Source: a virus
Direction: 5' to 3' (one strand)
Length of the DNA stretch: 64,000 nucleotides
IMG/VR virus record: IMGVR_UViG_3300025892_000012
Location: 29,493 to 93,492 of that record
Shown: in pieces, positions 41,831 to 50,527 of the stretch
Layout: each line of letters opens with the position of its first letter
Numbering within the stretch: the first letter of the stretch is position 1
Made by a program: the position numbers and the translations under genes
Notes under the pieces: model-generated
Databases searched by the model: none
What the model was told of the DNA's origin: nothing
Seen by the model: only the letters and a program-made list of their open reading frames with translations

Positions 41831-42063
41831 GTTCAATAACAAATGTAAAATACATGGCTCAAATAAATTTTGATCCAAATGCTGAAATTAAATTTAGTAA
41901 TGGTGAAAATATCAGATTTTTAGCAACTATTGACGGTATAGAAAAGTCTGTACCATTTCATTCTGGAAATAAGGATTACATAGAAATAATGGAAATGGTT
42001 GAAAAAGGCGAACTTACTATTAGTGATGCTGACGAACCTTCACAAGAGGAACCGCAATCGTGA
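41827..42063 (+). CDS. Small chaperone-like partner of FRNKIING fibres
   Basis: VPFHSGNKDYIEI...ADEPSQEEP; paralog of 49019, 50265, 56493. Confidence 0.7.
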   Translation: MSSITNVKYMAQINFDPNAEIKFSNGENIRFLATIDGIEKSVPFHSGNKDYIEIMEMVEKGELTISDADEPSQEEPQS

Positions 42064-42554
42064 GTAAAGCAAGAGAAATATCCAAGTTTGCATCCAAATT
42101 AACTGTACAAACAAACTCAGTACTCATTGATTCATTGAATACTACAAATGCCAATATTGTTTTTGCTACAACTTTAAGTGAATTATCAGATATAAATTCA
42201 GCAACTGCAACTGCCAATCAAGTTCTGACTACAGATGGATCAGGCAATTTTTATTTTAGAACGGTATCAGAAAACTTTATAACATCACTATCTCAATTAT
42301 CAGATGTCAATTCAACTGGAAATGCTAATCAAGTTCTGACTACAGATGGTTCGGGTAATTTTTATTTTACAACAGTACAGCATCCAGAAGCAAACACAGG
42401 AGGTGGTGCGTCATTAGATATTGGAAACTGGGATATAACAACTGATGGTTCTTCTAACTTATTGTTTACTTACAACAATGTAAACAAATTAAATCTAAAC
42501 ACAAGTGGTGCATTAATAGTTTCTGATGATATAGAAGCATATGGCAATCCCTAA
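42060..42554 (+). CDS. Short fibre: MSKAR N-terminus, two LSD.N..ANQVLTTDG spacers, 'DIEAYG' end
   Basis: GTG start; duplicated spacer visible at DNA level (~42181-42257, ~42295-42371). Confidence 0.7.
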   Translation: MSKAREISKFASKLTVQTNSVLIDSLNTTNANIVFATTLSELSDINSATATANQVLTTDGSGNFYFRTVSENFITSLSQLSDVNSTGNANQVLTTDGSGNFYFTTVQHPEANTGGGASLDIGNWDITTDGSSNLLFTYNNVNKLNLNTSGALIVSDDIEAYGNP

Positions 42555-43894
42555 TGGCAGTAAATGAAAACGGCTCAATAAAATTTTCTGATATAATAAG
42601 TGAATATAGAAACAAAGCCAATCATCCTACTTTATCCGATTCTAAGTTAAGTACATTTCAAGGCTGGCAAGATCACGACCGTGATGCTACACTACCGTCA
42701 AATAATATAAAATTTTCAGACCTCAGAGGTCTACCAAAACCAAGAGCAAAAAATTTAGCAGATTTGCAGACACCGTTAATCATATCAAATGCAATCCGAA
42801 CTTGGTCAACTGGTACAAGTAAATTAGATATAGAATTTAATACTATTGCAGATGGAGAAGAATATAATGAAGTAGATTACTATATTCAAACAACAACAGC
42901 AAATTCACAACCATCTAATACTCAAGGTAATTGGATATTTCTGAATCCAAATGACAGTCAGGTATCTGGACAAACTAAAGAATTTAACACTACGCAAGAC
43001 CCAGATTTTAAATTGTACTATTGGGTAAAAGCTACAAATACTGCAAACTCACAAAATTATGATATCAATCCCACACCATATGAATATCATTCTCCTCCAA
43101 AATCATATTTTATGGGTACAATATATCCAAATATAACTATCAATGATGTAGATGTTCAATCTGATTATATAAGTTATGCCCGACCAACAAGGACCGTGGA
43201 AATTAATCCAAATTGGACATGGACTCCAGCAGAAGTATATGCTTGGAACGGAATGACAGATCCTGCTAATGGTGGCACAAGTTCTGTTGTGGATAAATAT
43301 AAGGTTTTTTATAGTGCTACCCCAACTTCCGCTGCAGACATTGGAGATACAGGAACAACAATTAGTAATTGGGATGGAAACAGTTTTAAAGAAGTTGAAA
43401 TTACAGGAACAAGAACATACACTCTCGGTGTAACTAGACAAATGAATGCACATGATGAAAAAGGTGACGAAAAAACTTGGTATGATAATTGGAGAGTTAC
43501 CCCAATTAGACATGTTAGTCCTGGATATCGTTTCTGGGTAGAGCATCCAAATGGCATGAATTGGAGTCATATTGGAAATTGTCAAGGTGTTTATACATCA
43601 TTAAATCTTCCAAATGGTACTGGAGGTGGTGGAACACTTTGGTATGTTCAAATGAGTTCAGAACCGCCTACTTTAACTACTGCAAACTTTGTTGCAGATG
43701 AAAACGTAGTTTTTCAACCTAATATTTCAGGCGCAACCTTCTATAGTAGCAATTCATTTACACAACCATATAATGTTTGGAGATACTATTTTATTTTAAG
43801 ATTAACTCAAGATTATAATCTCTATAATGGATATAGATATCATTATTATTGGCAGTATTCAAGTTGGCGTTCACTTATAGTATATGCATGTTAA
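42554..43894 (+). CDS. Adhesin with N-terminal '(I)KFSD' attachment-like domain
   Basis: MAVNENGSIKFSDIISEY...KLSTFQG...PSNNIKFSDLRG, then Trp/Tyr-rich beta domains; TAATG coupling. Confidence 0.6.
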   Translation: MAVNENGSIKFSDIISEYRNKANHPTLSDSKLSTFQGWQDHDRDATLPSNNIKFSDLRGLPKPRAKNLADLQTPLIISNAIRTWSTGTSKLDIEFNTIADGEEYNEVDYYIQTTTANSQPSNTQGNWIFLNPNDSQVSGQTKEFNTTQDPDFKLYYWVKATNTANSQNYDINPTPYEYHSPPKSYFMGTIYPNITINDVDVQSDYISYARPTRTVEINPNWTWTPAEVYAWNGMTDPANGGTSSVVDKYKVFYSATPTSAADIGDTGTTISNWDGNSFKEVEITGTRTYTLGVTRQMNAHDEKGDEKTWYDNWRVTPIRHVSPGYRFWVEHPNGMNWSHIGNCQGVYTSLNLPNGTGGGGTLWYVQMSSEPPTLTTANFVADENVVFQPNISGATFYSSNSFTQPYNVWRYYFILRLTQDYNLYNGYRYHYYWQYSSWRSLIVYAC

Positions 43895-43907
43895 AAAGGA
43901 GTAAAAT

Positions 43908-44177
43908 ATGATTAAAGAATTTATAGTCACAAGACAATATATGAGCCCAGTTTCAAATGGAGCAACAATAGTTTATTTTGATGAGCCTACAAATACTATT
44001 ACTTCTAAAGAAGATTTTGAAATTGAACTTAAACATGACATGGAAATCTTAGTCATAGATGAAAATGATAGAGAAAAATCATTGACCATTGATGTTGTTT
44101 TAGATGAACAAGGTAAATATAATGAAGAGGCTACTTTAAAAAAAATTGAAGATCTTTTACCAACAATAACTTTCTAA
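43908..44177 (+). CDS. Acidic hypothetical protein, possible partner of 42554
   Basis: AAGGAG RBS; 89 aa. Confidence 0.55.
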   Translation: MIKEFIVTRQYMSPVSNGATIVYFDEPTNTITSKEDFEIELKHDMEILVIDENDREKSLTIDVVLDEQGKYNEEATLKKIEDLLPTITF

Positions 44178-44182
44178 AAAAC

Positions 44183-44797
44183 ATGAGCAGAGCAAGAAGT
44201 TTTTCTAAACTAATTAATAAATCAAACTATCTAGCACATCGCGGAACAAGTTCTGTTGCTGATTTATCACCTACGGAAACAGATGTTGCTGCTGAAATAA
44301 GTTCTAATCCAATACCTGCTTTTGTGGGAATGATTGGTGCGTTTTCAATGGCAACAACAACTGAATGGAAAACAACAAATCGGTGGATTGTTTGTGATGG
44401 TTCTGCAATATCTAGAACAATCTATAGTGATTTGTTCACTGTAGTTGGAACAACGTGGGGTATAGGTGATGGTTCTAGTACATTTAATTTACCGAATTTA
44501 CAAGGTGCTTTTTTAAGAGGTACTGGAACAGGGACAATAAACGCAAGAAATAAAACCGCAGTTGCTGTTGGAAGTCTCCAAGAAGATAATTTTCAATCAC
44601 ACCATCATCAGTATAGAAGTGAAGGTTGGCAAACGGGGTATAGTGGTGGAATGAATTTAGTTACAACAAGTACAAATTATAATCAAACTATGACTACAAA
44701 CCATGACATTGTACAATATGGTAGTAATGGAACACCCAGACACACTTCAGAAACTTATCCATATAATGCTTCTGTTCAATTTTGTATAAAATTTTAA
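44183..44797 (+). CDS. Phage tail collar domain fibre (short-fibre/gp12-like)
   Basis: GMIGAF..WIVCDGSAISRT.Y..LF...WG.GDGSSTFNLPNLQGAFLRG; QSHHH metal-type motif; PYNASVQFCIK. Confidence 0.9.
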   Translation: MSRARSFSKLINKSNYLAHRGTSSVADLSPTETDVAAEISSNPIPAFVGMIGAFSMATTTEWKTTNRWIVCDGSAISRTIYSDLFTVVGTTWGIGDGSSTFNLPNLQGAFLRGTGTGTINARNKTAVAVGSLQEDNFQSHHHQYRSEGWQTGYSGGMNLVTTSTNYNQTMTTNHDIVQYGSNGTPRHTSETYPYNASVQFCIKF

Positions 44798-45432
44798 AGG
44801 TAAGATGGCTAGTAAGGCTAAAATATTTTCAAGATTTATAAACAATTTAGATGTTGTAAATGACCAAATTATAATAAATACAGTAACGATTGATGATTCA
44901 TCAATAACAAATACTAACATGGGTGCAAATATTCAAATTGGAGGTTCTGATTTATCTAGTACTTTGTTAAGTGCAGCACCAATTGGTACAATATTAAATT
45001 ATGCCGCCGAAACAGCACCATTAGGATGGTTAATTTGTGACGGGTCCGCAATTTCAAGAACAACATACGTTAATTTATTTACAGCAATCAGCACAGCATG
45101 GGGTATAGGTGATGGTTCTAGTACATTTAATTTACCGAATTTACAAGGTGCTTTTTTAAGAGGTACTGGAACAGGGACAATAAACGCAAGAAATAAAACC
45201 GCAGTTGCTGTTGGAAGTTTCCAAGAAGACCAATTTCAAGGACACTATCATAGAGTTAGAACTTATGCAGGAACGGCAACTTATAGAATAAGTAGAAGAG
45301 CGGATAATGGTCCAACAGTTGCTTTTTACGATTCTGAAGTATTGCAGCCAACTCCCGATGGAACAAATGGTAATCCTAGATATTCCGATCAAACAAATCC
45401 ATATAATGCTTCTGTTCAATTTTGTATAAAAT
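44456..45432 (+). repeat. Identical blocks shared by the two collar genes
   Basis: 44456-44575=45099-45218 (120 bp); 44757-44792=45397-45432 (36 bp). Confidence 0.95.
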
Positions 45433-45437
45433 ATTAA
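44805..45437 (+). CDS. Phage tail collar domain fibre
   Basis: PIGTILNYA..APLGWLICDGSAISRT...; QGHYH motif. Confidence 0.9.
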   Translation: MASKAKIFSRFINNLDVVNDQIIINTVTIDDSSITNTNMGANIQIGGSDLSSTLLSAAPIGTILNYAAETAPLGWLICDGSAISRTTYVNLFTAISTAWGIGDGSSTFNLPNLQGAFLRGTGTGTINARNKTAVAVGSFQEDQFQGHYHRVRTYAGTATYRISRRADNGPTVAFYDSEVLQPTPDGTNGNPRYSDQTNPYNASVQFCIKY

Positions 45438-45444
45438 AGGTAAA

Positions 45445-45873
45445 ATGATAGCATATAATATACATAACGCAAATCAAGTTCCAAGGCAAGAATCTCCATT
45501 GGAGCCTGGAGTATGGTTAATGCCAGGACAATGCACTGATGTGGAGCCACCAGAATTTAATCAAGAAACACACACATGTAAATTCAATGGAGCCGAATGG
45601 ATTGTTGAATTAATTCCTGTTAAAGAAGAAGAGCCAACTCCAGAACCAATTCCAGCAATGGAATTATTAAGAATGGAAAGAGATTCTAAATTAGCACAAT
45701 CTGATTGGAGAGTCAACACTGATTATCCATATGATGACCAAGAAGCTTGGAAAACATATAGAGAGGAACTAAGACAACTTCCTCAACAAATAGAAACTGG
45801 TGTTATACCTGCTCCTACATTAGATGAAAATTATCAATTAGTTTTTGATAATTGGCCTGTTGAACCATCATAA
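45445..45873 (+). CDS. Tail fibre assembly protein (Tfa-like N-domain plus chaperone C-domain)
   Basis: ESPLEPGVWLMPGQCTDVEPP...FNGAEW; LRMERDSKLAQSDW...YREELRQLP. Confidence 0.8.
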   Translation: MIAYNIHNANQVPRQESPLEPGVWLMPGQCTDVEPPEFNQETHTCKFNGAEWIVELIPVKEEEPTPEPIPAMELLRMERDSKLAQSDWRVNTDYPYDDQEAWKTYREELRQLPQQIETGVIPAPTLDENYQLVFDNWPVEPS

Positions 45874-45876
45874 ATA
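45870..45876 (+). promoter_or_regulatory. Probable T4-like late promoter ATAAATA
   Basis: Opens an AT-rich intergenic gap ~35 bp before socket gene 45912. Confidence 0.5.
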
Positions 45877-45911
45877 TTGTATATAATATAAAACTTTCTT
45901 AACCAAAATAT

Positions 45912-46139
45912 ATGAGTACAGCAGAAGATTTAGCAACCTTTGCATCCGTTGGTGTCCTAACACATGATAGTTCTTTTGGATATAATCATGTAGTTGAAGC
46001 AAACACTAATGCATTGCTTATTGGACCAATAACACTACCTGGTATCATAAACGTACAAGAAAATGCAGCACTCACTGTATTTGGTGAAGTCTCTGTTACT
46101 GGTAGTTTAACTGTTGATGGCAACTTGGATATACGATAA
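45912..46139 (+). CDS. Socket connector
   Basis: MSTAEDLATFAS...NTNALLIGPITLPG...LTVDGNLDIR. Confidence 0.7.
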   Translation: MSTAEDLATFASVGVLTHDSSFGYNHVVEANTNALLIGPITLPGIINVQENAALTVFGEVSVTGSLTVDGNLDIR

Positions 46140-46732
46140 TGGCGGGAACTCTTAAAGTTGGTGGCGTAACACTCGCAACACATTCAGATGCAACTGGCTT
46201 GGTCAGTATGGATAGTAGCGTGACGTTTCCGTTTCCTGCTGGGGCGGTTATAAACTATCAGGTATCCTCTTTTAGAGGAGAATATACTAATGTTGGTGAA
46301 GGATTTTTTAATTCTTTTGATACAACTATTACTGCAAAATCTAACAATTCATGTTTCAAATATACAATGAGTTCCCAGTATGGGGTTAATTATGAGTATC
46401 ATTCAGCAAGTTACAGATTATACGTTCAAGTAAATAGTGGTTCTGATAATCTTATAAAAGATATAAATAATAATGATAACATAGCATCTTTTGGCAGTTA
46501 TCCCGATACTGGAAAGCTTCCATATCATCGTGATGCAAATCACGCAAAACCGTTTAGTTTTTCACACTTTGATTATACGACTCATAGTGCTGGAGATTCT
46601 ATGAAATACAAATTTTGGATAAGAACTCAAGGTGGTGATATTTTAGTGTTCAATCGAGCGCAAAATGGAACAGACCAAGACTACAGAGCAAGTGGAATTA
46701 CGACAATAATTATTGAAGAATTTGAAAAATAA
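46139..46732 (+). CDS. Receptor-binding tip, TFPAG family
   Basis: MAGTLKVGGVTLATH...VTFPFPAGAVI...TIIIEEFEK. Confidence 0.75.
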   Translation: MAGTLKVGGVTLATHSDATGLVSMDSSVTFPFPAGAVINYQVSSFRGEYTNVGEGFFNSFDTTITAKSNNSCFKYTMSSQYGVNYEYHSASYRLYVQVNSGSDNLIKDINNNDNIASFGSYPDTGKLPYHRDANHAKPFSFSHFDYTTHSAGDSMKYKFWIRTQGGDILVFNRAQNGTDQDYRASGITTIIIEEFEK

Positions 46733-46742
46733 AAAGGATTTG

Positions 46743-47099
46743 ATGTTTTTGGCAATCGCAATTCAAAATTTACAACCAGATGCTAGCTTCATAGTAGAGG
46801 ATAATAGTTACGATTCAATAATTTGGAGAAGTCAAGGTCTTGCAATTCCTTCTAAAGAAGAAGTGATGACTGAAGTAGACAGGTTAAAAAGTCTTGAACC
46901 ACTACGCCAACTCCGAATTCAACGCAACCAACTCCTCGCATTAACAGATTGGCGAATGACTGAAGATTACCCATTCAATGACAAAGAAGCATGGAAAACA
47001 TACCGACAAGCACTTAGAGATTTACCTGCAAACAGTTTTCCAGAATTAGATGAATTTGGTAATCTAACAAACATCACTTGGCCAGAGGAACCAGCATAA
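46743..47099 (+). CDS. Tail assembly chaperone
   Basis: AAGGA RBS before ATG 46743; EPLRQLRIQRNQLLALTDW...YRQALRDLP. Confidence 0.85.
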   Translation: MFLAIAIQNLQPDASFIVEDNSYDSIIWRSQGLAIPSKEEVMTEVDRLKSLEPLRQLRIQRNQLLALTDWRMTEDYPFNDKEAWKTYRQALRDLPANSFPELDEFGNLTNITWPEEPA

Positions 47100-47100
47100 C

Positions 47101-47664
47101 ATGACAGGGATTCTTAAAGTAGACCAAATAGCAGAAGCAAATTTGGGACAAGGTGTCAGACTGAATCATACTCTCAAGAATAGTTCTGATACAGAGATTA
47201 TAAGTGCTGTAGGAACGATTAGCAACGCAACGCTGGACTCAACGGTTACGTTTCCTGCTGGGAATATTGTTAATTTTAGTCAAGGATACTCAACTACTAA
47301 CACTGAAAAAACACTGTCATCAAGCTATGGTGCAACAGACACAAGCGTTACGTTGAGTGACATCACAACTGGAAATTCTATCTACATTATTTATTCATTT
47401 TTAGCTGACGTTGATGGAGACATCCATTCAACTATTTATGTTGATTCAACAGATGATTTAGCTTTATCAGGAGATGTAGCCTTGACACAAACGACAGATG
47501 CTGGGTCTGGTCGATTTTTAGTTAATAGTGTGGGGTCAGTTTTTTACACTTCTACTAGTACCAGTCATACTTTTACAATTTACGCAAAAACAGTAGTAAC
47601 TCCTTGTTCAATTCGGGATGACAGAATCAAAAGTCAAATTATGGCAATGGAGATTCAAGTATAA
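47101..47664 (+). CDS. Receptor-binding tip, TFPAG family
   Basis: MTGILKVDQI plug; VTFPAGNIV...QIMAMEIQV. Confidence 0.75.
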   Translation: MTGILKVDQIAEANLGQGVRLNHTLKNSSDTEIISAVGTISNATLDSTVTFPAGNIVNFSQGYSTTNTEKTLSSSYGATDTSVTLSDITTGNSIYIIYSFLADVDGDIHSTIYVDSTDDLALSGDVALTQTTDAGSGRFLVNSVGSVFYTSTSTSHTFTIYAKTVVTPCSIRDDRIKSQIMAMEIQV

Positions 47665-48050
47665 TGACTGCTCATAAACAAAAAAGAAATGCTATAAATG
47701 CGATAAGTCCCAACGCAAAGTTTACTTTATTTGGATTAACACTGAACTGGCTTGATGAAAATCAGAGAAAACCAACCGAAGAAGAAATCCAAGCAAAGAT
47801 TCAAGAACTCCGAGCCGCAGAACCACTACGCCAACTCCGAATTCAACGCAACCAACTCCTAGCATCAACAGATTGGCGCATGACAACAGACTATCCATAT
47901 GCAGACCAACCTGAATGGGAAGACTATCGTTTTGAGTTGAGAGAATTACCACAACGTATTGCGAATGGTGAAGTGCCTGCTCCTACACTGGATGAAAATG
48001 ATATGCTGATGTTTGATGAATGGCCACTAAAACCGGGAGAGACTGCATGA
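47664..48050 (+). CDS. Tail assembly chaperone
   Basis: AEPLRQLRIQRNQLLASTDW...YRFELRELP...FDEWP. Confidence 0.85.
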   Translation: MTAHKQKRNAINAISPNAKFTLFGLTLNWLDENQRKPTEEEIQAKIQELRAAEPLRQLRIQRNQLLASTDWRMTTDYPYADQPEWEDYRFELRELPQRIANGEVPAPTLDENDMLMFDEWPLKPGETA

Positions 48051-49015
48051 GTAAAGTAGTAGGATTAGGCACACTTGCAGACGATATATCAGTTAGTAAT
48101 GGTGAAGTCACTATTAATGATTTAAAACCTAGCCAAAGTATGATGTTTCGGAATAAGATTATTAATGGAAACTTTGATATTTGGCAACGTGGGACAAGTC
48201 AGACGAGTAATGATTATGGAAGTGTAGACAGGTGGCGTTTAGGGAACGTTGGAAGTTCCAAAACAGCATCACAACAATCCTTTACTCTTGGGCAAACAGA
48301 GGTTCCAGGCAATCCAAAATATTATCTAAGACATGTGGTAACAAGCGCAAATGGGTCTGGAAATTTAGTTGTTGCTTTTCATAGAATTGAAGGAGTTGGA
48401 ACATTAGCTGGGAAAACAGCAACATTAAGTTTCTGGGCAAAAGCTGATTCTAATAAGAATATTGCAACTGAGGCAGAGCAAACGTTTGGAACTGGAGGAT
48501 CTCCATCTAGTTCAGTTAATTCAATTGGGGTCACTACATATAGTCTAACACCTTCTTGGCAAAAATTTACAACCACTATTTCCATTCCATCTATTAGTGG
48601 AAAAACTATTGGCACAGATGGTAATGACTATTTTCAAATAATATTTTGGTTTGAGGCAGGTTCAACTTACAATTCCAGAACCAACTCACTAGGCAACCAA
48701 TCTGGAACCTTTGACATTGCCCAAGTCCAACTTGAAGAAGGCACAGTCGCAACTCCGTTCGAGCATCGTCCAATTGGGGTAGAACTAGGGTTGTGTCAGA
48801 GGTATTACCAGAAGATTTCTGGTAATTTGTACGGGACACAGGGCAGTGCAAGTTATGCGGTTTGGCAATTTAAGGAAACATTTAGAGCGCAACCTACTTG
48901 TACTGGCAACAACTCTGGTTCTGTTGTTGATTACCGAAATACCGATTTTGTTTCATGTTACTATAATGGTGGATATGCTAGTTGGACTAATGCAACTGCC
49001 GAAGCAGAGTTATAA
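48047..49015 (+). CDS. Fibre, FRNKIING family
   Basis: ATG 48047 (ATGA overlap); FRNKIINGNFDIWQRGTS...AQVQLEEGTVATPFEHR...LCQRYY...AEAEL. Confidence 0.8.
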   Translation: MSKVVGLGTLADDISVSNGEVTINDLKPSQSMMFRNKIINGNFDIWQRGTSQTSNDYGSVDRWRLGNVGSSKTASQQSFTLGQTEVPGNPKYYLRHVVTSANGSGNLVVAFHRIEGVGTLAGKTATLSFWAKADSNKNIATEAEQTFGTGGSPSSSVNSIGVTTYSLTPSWQKFTTTISIPSISGKTIGTDGNDYFQIIFWFEAGSTYNSRTNSLGNQSGTFDIAQVQLEEGTVATPFEHRPIGVELGLCQRYYQKISGNLYGTQGSASYAVWQFKETFRAQPTCTGNNSGSVVDYRNTDFVSCYYNGGYASWTNATAEAEL

Positions 49016-49018
49016 AAA

Positions 49019-49225
49019 ATGAGTTATACATATAAATTACAAGCAAATTACATTGATCCAATGGGTGAACTTCGGATACCTGATTTTATTATAAGAATTG
49101 AAGACAATGCCTATATCCCCTTCGACCCAGCAAACACTGACTACCAAGAATATCTTGCTTGGCTAGCCGAAGGTAATGAACCAGAACCACCAGATGAACC
49201 ACAACAAGAGGAACCGCAAGCATGA
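49019..49225 (+). CDS. Small chaperone-like partner (YQEYLAWLAEGNEPEP family)
   Basis: IPFDPANTDYQEYLAWLAEGNEPEP. Confidence 0.75.
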   Translation: MSYTYKLQANYIDPMGELRIPDFIIRIEDNAYIPFDPANTDYQEYLAWLAEGNEPEPPDEPQQEEPQA

Positions 49226-50268
49226 CCAAAGCTAGAAACATAGCAGAATTTGCAGACGATTTAAGCGTATCAAATGGTGAGGTTTCCATTGCCGATTTGA
49301 AACCTAGCCAGAGTATGATGTTTCGGAATAAGATTATTAATGGGGATATGCAAATTGACCAGAGAAATGCTGGAAGTAGTGTGGTTTTGTCAAATGCAAA
49401 TAATCTTCCTGTTGATAGATGGAGAGCATATGCGGCATCTGGTTCAGGACATACTGCACAACAATCAACAGATGTGCCTAGTGGAGTAGGGTTTAGTAAT
49501 TCTGTAAAACTTACAGTTGGAACGGGTGCGAGTCCGGCAGGAAGTAATTTGAATATCTTTTATCATGTAATTGAAGGATACAATATTTCTGATTTAATGT
49601 TTGGTTCAACGAACGCTAAATTTGTTACTCTTTCATTTTGGGTTAAATCTACTGGCTTGTCTTATCCAGCAACATTTTCAGCAAGTTTGCAAGATGGGGC
49701 AATTCCAATTGGAACAGGCATTCCTAAAGAATATACTATAAGCACTTCAAATACTTGGGAATACAAAACCTTAACCTTTATTGGTGATGTTAACACTGGA
49801 TCAACTTATTCAAATACCAATGGTAAGGGATTACATATCACTTTTGACCTTGGTTCTGGTTCTGACTACGAAGGGTCTGCTAATGTTTGGTCATCTGGAA
49901 ATATAAAAAGAACATCTTCAAGTGTTAAACTCATTGAAACATCTGGAGCAACATTATACATCACCGGAGTCCAGCTTGAAGAAGGCTCCGTTGCCACTCC
50001 GTTTGAGCATCGTCCTTATGGGTTGGAGTTAGGGTTGTGTCAGAGGTATTATGAAAAATTTGAGGGGGCTATGTATAGTGGAGATGACTCTGGTTCTGGT
50101 AATCATTATTCAATTGTCTTTTTTAAAGTTGAAAAAAGAGATGTCCCAACGACTGCTTATAGTCATTTGTACGATACTATTCAACTAATTACTAAACAAA
50201 AGTTAAGTCTATATAGGTCAAACTATAATACTTCAGTTGGCGATTTACAGATTATAGCGGAATTATGA
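49222..50268 (+). CDS. Fibre, FRNKIING family
   Basis: MTKARNIA; FRNKIINGDMQIDQRNAG...GVQLEEGSVATPFEHR...LCQRYY. Confidence 0.8.
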   Translation: MTKARNIAEFADDLSVSNGEVSIADLKPSQSMMFRNKIINGDMQIDQRNAGSSVVLSNANNLPVDRWRAYAASGSGHTAQQSTDVPSGVGFSNSVKLTVGTGASPAGSNLNIFYHVIEGYNISDLMFGSTNAKFVTLSFWVKSTGLSYPATFSASLQDGAIPIGTGIPKEYTISTSNTWEYKTLTFIGDVNTGSTYSNTNGKGLHITFDLGSGSDYEGSANVWSSGNIKRTSSSVKLIETSGATLYITGVQLEEGSVATPFEHRPYGLELGLCQRYYEKFEGAMYSGDDSGSGNHYSIVFFKVEKRDVPTTAYSHLYDTIQLITKQKLSLYRSNYNTSVGDLQIIAEL

Positions 50269-50483
50269 TTATTAAAACAGCAAGATTGCAGAATACTATA
50301 TCCCCAATATCTGGGGAGATTATTGAAAGATTAGTAGTTATTACTGATGTTAATGATAATAAAATGACAGTACCATTTGCATCGGGGAACACAGAATATC
50401 AAGAGTATCTAGCTTGGTTAGCAGAAGGCAATGAACCAGAACCATCAGATGAACCACCGCAAGAGGAACCACCCGTTACATGA
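50265..50483 (+). CDS. Small chaperone-like partner (YQEYLAWLAEGNEPEP family)
   Basis: VPFASGNTEYQEYLAWLAEGNEPEP. Confidence 0.75.
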   Translation: MIIKTARLQNTISPISGEIIERLVVITDVNDNKMTVPFASGNTEYQEYLAWLAEGNEPEPSDEPPQEEPPVT

Positions 50484-50489
50484 TAAATA
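50483..50489 (+). promoter_or_regulatory. Probable T4-like late promoter ATAAATA
   Basis: GATAAATATAG opening the gap before 50528. Confidence 0.5.
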
Positions 50490-50527
50490 TAGTAAAACAA
50501 TTTTACTCAATTTAAATTAACAATAGT

